From assembly GCA_964413155.1 (NCBI GenBank), contig CAYPRT010000008.1:53-64052 (forward strand): a stretch of 64,000 nucleotides of DNA. The letters are read 5' to 3'. Shown piece by piece: positions 58,108 through 64,000 of this stretch. Numbering within the stretch: the stretch's first letter is position 1; each line of letters starts with the position of its first letter. Made by a program: the position numbers and the translations under genes. Below the pieces are notes generated by a model. That model had not been told where the DNA came from. It saw only the letters and a list, made by a program, of their open reading frames with translations, and did not search any database. Source of the DNA: an uncultured Hyphomicrobiales bacterium. Lineage in GTDB: Bacteria; Bacteroidota; Ignavibacteria; Kapaibacteriales; UBA2268.

Positions 58108-59327
58108 TCTCTAAAGATTGCCTCGCTTACCTTAATATTCGACGCCTTTTTGGATGGATATATTGTTGCAAGGTATGAAAGTATAATTGATACTGCAGCA
58201 ATTGAAAAAACTACTGGAATGGAAATTTTCATTGGTAAAGCAGAAACCACATATTTTTGGGTATTCAATTTTAGCCATTGGAATTTGATTTGTCCTAAAG
58301 TTAGAGCTAATCCTATTATTAGACCAACGAAGGTGCTAATACCCCCAATAATCGTTCCCTGAATTCTGAAGATTTTTGAAATTTCTTTTGTTGAGGCCCC
58401 AAGAGAATACAATACTGCAATGTCGGGATTTTTTTCGAGCACTGTCATCACTAATGACGCAAGTATATTGAAGACAGCAATCGAGATTATTAGTGAAAGA
58501 ACTATAAAAACGCCGTATCGTTCGAATTCCATTGCATTCATTATATCTTTATTTAATTCATACCAAGTGTATATTTGGTTGTTAGGGAACATATTTTTGA
58601 TCTCTTTGCCTATTTTATTTATCCGATTAATATCAGATAATCGGATATCTAATCCCGAAATATTTGTTTGAACATCATTGAAAATAATTGGCATATTTGA
58701 AAAGGGAAGGAATACATAATTATTGTCGTATTCAAGGTTGTTTGTTTGAAATATCGAGGTTATTACCGCTTTCCTGGTTGCAGGTAATTGAAAAGTTCGG
58801 GCTGATTTTTCAATAGTATTTATAGATGTAAAAAAAGCTTCGTCGCCAGGAAATATTTTCAAATTATCTGCTAGAGCAGCACCAATAACAATATTTGTGG
58901 GTGATGGTATTAGGGATTCTGATTTTTTATCCAAAGAGAAAATTATTTTAGATTGAATTGGGTGTCGAAAAAAGATCGAGTCTGGAAGGCTATAAATTTG
59001 CACAACTCTATAATTACTTTCTTTGAAAATAATTGCTCTAAAAGAAATATATGGAAAAAAAGAAACATTCTTAAACTTCGAAAGCGAGCTAATAATATTT
59101 GAAATTTCATTAGCCTCTCCCGAAGAAACTATTCTAACGTGAGGTTCAAAGTTAATTATTTCTTGTTTTGCAAAGTCCTGAAATCCATTAAAGAGAGAAG
59201 TGACAATGATTAAAGCAGAAACACCAATAGTTATTCCTAATGCAGAAAGAATGGAAATGATTGAAATAAAATGGTAAGAACGTCTGGTAAATACATATCT
59301 AAATGCTATTTTATAGGTAAATTTCAT
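58104..59327 (-). CDS. lipoprotein-releasing system permease LolC/LolE (FtsX-like/MacB-type permease)
   Basis: MKFTYKIAFRYVFTRRSYHFIS N-terminus; 4 TM helices with a large periplasmic loop. Confidence 0.8.
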   Translation of the reverse strand: MKFTYKIAFRYVFTRRSYHFISIISILSALGITIGVSALIIVTSLFNGFQDFAKQEIINFEPHVRIVSSGEANEISNIISSLSKFKNVSFFPYISFRAIIFKESNYRVVQIYSLPDSIFFRHPIQSKIIFSLDKKSESLIPSPTNIVIGAALADNLKIFPGDEAFFTSINTIEKSARTFQLPATRKAVITSIFQTNNLEYDNNYVFLPFSNMPIIFNDVQTNISGLDIRLSDINRINKIGKEIKNMFPNNQIYTWYELNKDIMNAMEFERYGVFIVLSLIISIAVFNILASLVMTVLEKNPDIAVLYSLGASTKEISKIFRIQGTIIGGISTFVGLIIGLALTLGQIKFQWLKLNTQKYVVSALPMKISIPVVFSIAAVSIILSYLATIYPSKKASNIKVSEAIFRE

Positions 59328-62074
59328 TAAACCGAGTCGGTGATATTTTTGTTTTTTCTTGCTCTAGATAAAGCAAGAAGGAATTTATGGATCTCAACTA
59401 TGATTATAATACTAAATGTAGTGATTAGAACAACAAACCAATCAGAAAGGGAAAGAGGGGTAGTATCCATAACCACATTCATAAAGGGAACAGTCACGGC
59501 AAAAACTTGCAAAAGTAAAGCAAGAACCATTACACCGAAAAGGATTAAATTTTTGGAAAGAGTGACTTTGTCTAACGTAACATCTTTCTTATAGGGTAGA
59601 TTGAAAAACAAAGAGCGATTCAAAGATCGGGAATTTTGGACATTCCAAATTTGGAAAAATGCAAGTGTGCAAAATGCTATTGTTCGGGCTTTGGCGAGCG
59701 TAGGAGTGTCGGGTATGAAAGTGCAACCAAGATATAAATAAAACAAGGTTAAAGTTCCAGCAGCCATAACTAAAGCGGAAAGTATTATCCTATAAATCAT
59801 CGTTCTGGAAATTAAAGGTTCGTTCTTTTTTCGTGGTGGGAAAGCCATAACATCGCCATGTTCTTTCTCGAAAGCCAAAGGGAATGTTGAAGTTCCATCT
59901 GTTACAAGATTAACCCAAAGGAGTTGTGCAGGAAGCAAGGGAAGAGGGAAACCAATCAGAACCGAGACTGCAATTGTTAGTAATCCTCCAGCACTTGTCG
60001 ATAATATGTACAGAAGGATATGTCTTAAATTGTTAAGGATGATTCTACCACGGCGAACTGCTTGGACAATTGTAGCGAAATTGTCGTCAAGGAGTACCAT
60101 ATGAGCAGCCTCGCGAGCAACATCAGTTCCGCTACCCATAGCAACACCGATATCTGCTTGTTTAAGTGCTGGAGCATCGTTTACACCATCCCCTGTCATT
60201 GCAACAATATTGCCGTTTAGCTGCAATTGTTTTACTATTCTAAATTTATGTTCTGGGACAACTCTTGCATAAACATCTACCTTTGGGGAAATTTTAAATA
60301 AATCGTCGTCAGTCATTTTATCCATTTCTAAGCCAGTTAAAGCAAAAGGATCTTTATTAGCAGGTACTATTCCAACCTTTTTTGCAACGGTTTGTGCAGT
60401 TTTAACATAATCTCCGGTTATCATTACAACTTTAATTCCGGCTTTTCGGCACTCGGCAACTGCTTGAACTGCCTCGGGTCTGACTGCGTCCTCAATTCCT
60501 GCGAACCCAACGAAAATAATATTTTCAAGTTCTTCGAGAGTAATAAATTCTTTTTGATTATCGATAGAGAATGCCAGGGCAAGAATTCTCAAACCTTCTC
60601 TTGAAAGATTATCGATGACGTTGTCTATTTGGATGCGGTCAAGTTCTTTTGTGGAACCATCGGGCAATAATTCTCGGTTGCAGCGACGCAAGACCTTTTC
60701 GGGCGCTCCTTTGACTAAAATATAATTGTTGTCTCCAATTTTTACTCTTACACCCATTATTTGGTTTTCGGATTCAAAGGGAATATCGATAGAAACAACA
60801 TAATTTGACCAATCGAAATTAAGTTTATTTGCAGCAATCATTAATGCGGCTTCAGTTGGATCTCCTGTGATTTTCCATTGGTTGCCAGAACGTTCAATTT
60901 TAGTTTCGCTACATAAAGCAGAAATGTAAGTTGCAATTTTTAATGATTCGTTATAATTATAGTTAACTGAAGTTCCTGTATCGTCATCAACGACTTGTCC
61001 ATCAACATCATATCCAGAACCGGAAACAGTGTAAATTTTGCCATTCAAAATGAACTTCGTTACAATCATTTCGTTTTTTGTAAGAGTTCCCGTTTTATCG
61101 GTGCAAATAATGTTTGTACTGCCGAGCGTTTCGACTGCAGCAAGCTTTTTAACAATTGCTTTGTGTTTAGCCATTTGCGAAAGCCCTATCGAAAGAGTAA
61201 TTGTTACTGCCACTGGTAATCCTTCGGGAATAGCGGAAACAGCCAAACCAACGGAAGTAAGAAACATTAAAACCAGTTCGTTGCCTCGTAAGTATCCTAT
61301 TATGAAAATAATTGCAATAACAACGAGGATTGCAATACTTAAACCCTTGCTAAATTTAGCTATTTGTAATTGAAGTGGCGATGGAGTTTCTTCTGCTTCC
61401 GAGACTTTTTCTGCAATCTTTCCGAATTCGGTTTTTTGACCAACAGCGGTCACAACAGCAAGCCCACGCCCCTTTTGAACGATACTACCGCTATAGACCA
61501 TAGTGATCCTATCGCCAAGTGGGGAGTTTTCGGGGACTCTTATGTTATGCCTTTTTTCAATTCCGAAAGATTCCCCAGTGAGCATTGATTCGTCGACCAA
61601 AAGGTTATTTGTGTCGATTAAACGAGCATCAGCAGGAACACGAACACCACTTTCTAATACAATAATATCACCGCAAACGACTTCGTGGGTTGGAATATTT
61701 TTATGCTGACCATCGCGTATTACACGGGCTTGTGGAGCTGCCATCCGATTAAGTGCTTTCAGTGCATCGGAAGCACGACGCTCTTGTATAAAACCTATAA
61801 TAGTATTTAGAATTACAACTGCTACAATAACTAATGTATCTTTAATATCGGAAATGAAAGCATTAACAATTGCAGCAACGATGAGAATAATAATTACTGG
61901 ATTGTTAACTTGTTCAAGTAGTAATAACCATTCCGACTTGGGTTTTTTACCAACTAAGCGGTTTTCTCCGAACTTGTTTCTATATTCTGCAACTTGTTTT
62001 TCATTTAAACCTATTTGTGGATCAACTTGAAAATATTCAAGTACTCTTTCGCACGGTAACGAATGCCAATTCAT
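59327..62074 (-). CDS. P-type cation-transporting ATPase (type IIA/IIB-like Ca2+/Mg2+ ATPase)
   Basis: DKTGTLT phosphorylation motif, TGES, MITGD, GDGVNDAPAL; 915 aa with 10 TM helices. Confidence 0.88.
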   Translation of the reverse strand: MNWHSLPCERVLEYFQVDPQIGLNEKQVAEYRNKFGENRLVGKKPKSEWLLLLEQVNNPVIIILIVAAIVNAFISDIKDTLVIVAVVILNTIIGFIQERRASDALKALNRMAAPQARVIRDGQHKNIPTHEVVCGDIIVLESGVRVPADARLIDTNNLLVDESMLTGESFGIEKRHNIRVPENSPLGDRITMVYSGSIVQKGRGLAVVTAVGQKTEFGKIAEKVSEAEETPSPLQLQIAKFSKGLSIAILVVIAIIFIIGYLRGNELVLMFLTSVGLAVSAIPEGLPVAVTITLSIGLSQMAKHKAIVKKLAAVETLGSTNIICTDKTGTLTKNEMIVTKFILNGKIYTVSGSGYDVDGQVVDDDTGTSVNYNYNESLKIATYISALCSETKIERSGNQWKITGDPTEAALMIAANKLNFDWSNYVVSIDIPFESENQIMGVRVKIGDNNYILVKGAPEKVLRRCNRELLPDGSTKELDRIQIDNVIDNLSREGLRILALAFSIDNQKEFITLEELENIIFVGFAGIEDAVRPEAVQAVAECRKAGIKVVMITGDYVKTAQTVAKKVGIVPANKDPFALTGLEMDKMTDDDLFKISPKVDVYARVVPEHKFRIVKQLQLNGNIVAMTGDGVNDAPALKQADIGVAMGSGTDVAREAAHMVLLDDNFATIVQAVRRGRIILNNLRHILLYILSTSAGGLLTIAVSVLIGFPLPLLPAQLLWVNLVTDGTSTFPLAFEKEHGDVMAFPPRKKNEPLISRTMIYRIILSALVMAAGTLTLFYLYLGCTFIPDTPTLAKARTIAFCTLAFFQIWNVQNSRSLNRSLFFNLPYKKDVTLDKVTLSKNLILFGVMVLALLLQVFAVTVPFMNVVMDTTPLSLSDWFVVLITTFSIIIIVEIHKFLLALSRARKNKNITDSV

Positions 62075-62269
62075 AAAGATTTTTTTAAAAAAAACAAAAA
62101 TAATAATATTTTCCGAAAATTAAGTTGATTGCTAATTCTATCCGAATCTTTTTGCATTCTTCTTTGGGAAAAGTAGTAAAGAAGAACGCAATTTGTTATT
62201 TTGCTTTGTTCGAAACCTACGGAGAGTTAAAAGAATTGAAAAAGTTCATTATTTGAAGTTATGATTTTG

Positions 62270-62341
62270 TGACCCTAACGGGATTCGAACCCGTACTACC
62301 ACCTTGAAAGAGTGGTGACCTAACCATTAGTCGATAGGGCC
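62270..62341 (-). tRNA. tRNA-Glu (anticodon UUC), CCA not encoded
   Basis: Manual cloverleaf: acceptor GGCCCTA/TAGGGTC, anticodon stem CCACT/GGTGG with loop CUUUCAA, T-arm GGGTTCGAATCCC. Confidence 0.82.
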
Positions 62342-62464
62342 ACTAAAACTTTCAACAAATACAAAATTACAAAAAAATCTGGAAACAAAATTCACGAAGA
62401 ACGAAAATTTTGAATTTGCTTGTAAGATATTAGTTTCTTGATATCTATTTTTTATTTCCACTTT

Positions 62465-62493
62465 TATTTGTAATTTTGTAACTCTTTATTTTT
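62465..62493 (+). promoter_or_regulatory. putative promoter for rpmI-rplT: TATTTGTAATTTTGTAACTCTTTATTTTT (TAATTTTG -7-like); same motif as upstream of valS
   Basis: Seen directly; 28 nt upstream of the MPKF start. Confidence 0.4.
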
Positions 62494-62506
62494 AGTGAGA
62501 AAAAAA

Positions 62507-62704
62507 ATGCCAAAATTTAAAACTAAGTCTTCGGCGAAGAAGAGATTCAAGGTTACAGCAACAGGAAAGTTGTTGCGCGAGAAAGCTTATCGGAGTCATA
62601 TTTTGACAAAGAAAGATAGGAAACGAAAAAGAAATCTTCGTAAACCAACTTTGGTGGATCAAAGCGATGCACCAAGAATAAAAAAAATGTTAGGTCTTGC
62701 ATAA
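62507..62704 (+). CDS. rpmI: 50S ribosomal protein L35
   Basis: [21 protein letters not shown] canonical L35; the track ORF begins 12 nt earlier at an in-frame Met. Confidence 0.9.
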   Translation: MPKFKTKSSAKKRFKVTATGKLLREKAYRSHILTKKDRKRKRNLRKPTLVDQSDAPRIKKMLGLA

Positions 62705-62761
62705 TTAATGCGAAAGGGGAAGATGCTCCCCCTAAGCTAAATAATTAAAAGGAGGTTAGAA

Positions 62762-63109
62762 ATGCCAAGGTCTGTAAACAAAGTAGCATCAAGAGAAAAA
62801 AGGAAAAAATTCCTTAAGCTCGCAAAGGGCTTTTGGGGGCGAAGGAAGAATGTTTGGACTATTGCCAAGCATCATATTGAAAAAGCTCTTCAATACCAAT
62901 ATCGCGACAGACGCTTGAAAAAGCGACACTTTAGAAGACTCTGGATTGTTCGTATTAATGCGGCATGCAGAATGAATGGAACTACTTATTCTCGTTTTAT
63001 TTCTGCTTTAAAGAAAAAAAATATTGTAATTAATCGTAAAATACTTGCCGATTTCGCAATGAATAAACCAGAGTTCTTCAAAAAATTAGTCGATTTTGCT
63101 TTGAATTAA
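62762..63109 (+). CDS. rplT: 50S ribosomal protein L20
   Basis: [30 protein letters not shown] canonical L20; strong SD AAAGGAGG. Confidence 0.93.
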   Translation: MPRSVNKVASREKRKKFLKLAKGFWGRRKNVWTIAKHHIEKALQYQYRDRRLKKRHFRRLWIVRINAACRMNGTTYSRFISALKKKNIVINRKILADFAMNKPEFFKKLVDFALN

Positions 63110-63137
63110 TAACTTAAGATTATGAATAATTATATGA

Positions 63138-63185
63138 AGCGAAAGTGAGTTGTTTTTCACAATTCCTTTCGCTTATTTTTGTTTA
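63138..63185 (+). terminator. hairpin plus T-tract between rplT and pheS (AGCGAAAG...CTTTCGCT then TATTTTTGTTTATT); partial terminator or attenuator
   Basis: 8-bp inverted repeat with a 20-nt loop followed by a T-rich run, seen directly. Confidence 0.4.
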
Positions 63186-63201
63186 TTAATTTTCTCTTGA
63201 T

Positions 63202-64000
63202 ATGATAGAAGAGATTAAAAAAATTGAAGCCGAGGTTAAAGAGTTCCTCGAAAAAATCCAATCGAAGGAAGATTTGAACAACTTCCATAATTTATTTTTA
63301 GTTAAACGAGGGAAGATTCAGCAACTTTTTGATAGGATGCGTGAACTTCCCCGCGAGGAAAAACCTATTGTTGGAAAGATACTTAACGAATTGAAAAAAT
63401 TTGCTGAAACCCGTTATCGTGAAATTCACGAAAAATTATCTTCGGAGCTTGAAAGAAAACCCAAAATTGATTTAACTTTACCCGGGCGGATTGATTTCGT
63501 TGGGCATAACCATCCAATTTACCAAACAATGCGACAGATGGTAGATATTTTCGTTGAACTTGGTTTTAAAGTTGCCGAAGGTCCCGAAATTGAAGACGAA
63601 TTCCATAATTTTGATGCTTTGAATTTCCCCCCCGATCATCCAGCGAGGGATATGCAGGATACTTTCTTTATAAAGTCGGATTCGAAGCTTCTACTTCGAA
63701 CCCATACTTCACCAGTCCAAATTCGAATTATGCATAACATAAAACCACCCATTCGATATATTATGCCCGGAAGGGTTTATCGAAACGAAGCAATATCAGC
63801 CCGAAGCCTTGCTGAATTTCATCAAATCGAAGGATTGTATATCAACAAAAGTGTTACTTTTGCTGAACTAAAGGGAACTTTGGTTGAGTTTTCTCGCCGA
63901 ATGTTTGGCGAAAATCTTTCTTTTCGCTTTCGACCTTCGTTTTTCCCATTTACTGAACCCAGTGCAGAATTGGATATTAGCTGCTTCTTATGTTTTGGGA
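63202..64000 (+). CDS. pheS: phenylalanyl-tRNA synthetase alpha subunit (3'-truncated by the window end)
   Basis: Manual translation from the ATG at 63202: MIEEIKKIEAEVKEF...FPPDHPARDMQDTFF...HTSPVQIR...FRFRPSFFPFTEPS, class II motifs. Confidence 0.88.
   Translation, partial: MIEEIKKIEAEVKEFLEKIQSKEDLNNFHNLFLVKRGKIQQLFDRMRELPREEKPIVGKILNELKKFAETRYREIHEKLSSELERKPKIDLTLPGRIDFVGHNHPIYQTMRQMVDIFVELGFKVAEGPEIEDEFHNFDALNFPPDHPARDMQDTFFIKSDSKLLLRTHTSPVQIRIMHNIKPPIRYIMPGRVYRNEAISARSLAEFHQIEGLYINKSVTFAELKGTLVEFSRRMFGENLSFRFRPSFFPFTEPSAELDISCFLCFG

Noticed and set aside
1-64000. Search for CRISPR arrays, IS elements, integrases and prophage remnants
   Set aside because: No regularly spaced direct repeats beyond the two short duplications noted, no transposase/integrase/recombinase-like ORFs, and no GC-anomalous block.

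Overview
This 64-kb window is a low-GC (about one third G+C) chromosomal segment that is almost entirely core housekeeping genes. Gene content and the upstream motifs suggest an anaerobic FCB-group bacterium (Ignavibacteria/Chlorobi-like); this is an inference, since I cannot run a database search.

Confidently recognised genes:
- Central metabolism: 2-oxoglutarate:ferredoxin oxidoreductase korA/korB, isocitrate dehydrogenase icd, succinyl-CoA synthetase beta sucC (no sucD next to it), biotin carboxylase plus a BCCP-like protein, ferredoxin-NADP reductase fpr, electron-transfer flavoprotein etfA/etfB, H+-pyrophosphatase hppA, ribulose-phosphate epimerase rpe.
- Biosynthesis: purF, coaE, dxr, hemL, ribD, acpS.
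- Translation: ribosomal proteins L27, L21, L35 and L20; tyrS, valS and a 3'-truncated pheS; smpB; tRNA-Met(CAU) and tRNA-Glu(UUC).
- Other housekeeping: RNase G, the site-2 protease rseP, ftsK, ruvB, cobB (sirtuin).
- Envelope and transport: GT4 and GT-C glycosyltransferases, NlpC/P60 peptidase, a LolC/E-type permease, a P-type ATPase, TrkA, CDF, EamA and MCE proteins.

TGA, TAG and TAA are all used as stops, so the standard code applies. I found no transposase, integrase, CRISPR array, restriction-modification or obvious defence island, and no GC-anomalous block.

The most unusual items are:
1. An aspartate ammonia-lyase fused to an N-terminal CAP-type cyclic-nucleotide-binding domain.
2. 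A biotin carboxylase and a BCCP-domain ORF in the same frame, separated only by a TAG followed by a Shine-Dalgarno sequence; together they reconstitute a PccA-like BC-BT-BCCP alpha chain.
3. A radical-SAM / GT4 pair upstream of korAB.
4. A tightly coupled HicB-like (UPF0150) small ORF and a CPBP (Abi) intramembrane protease, sitting next to a duplicated promoter-like direct repeat.
5. A 25-30 nt upstream motif shared by valS and rpmI that carries a Bacteroidetes-type TAnnTTTG -7 element.
6. Several uncharacterised lipoproteins embedded in housekeeping operons.

I found no clear novel multi-gene system. The candidates above are single-gene or two-gene oddities and should be read as hypotheses.
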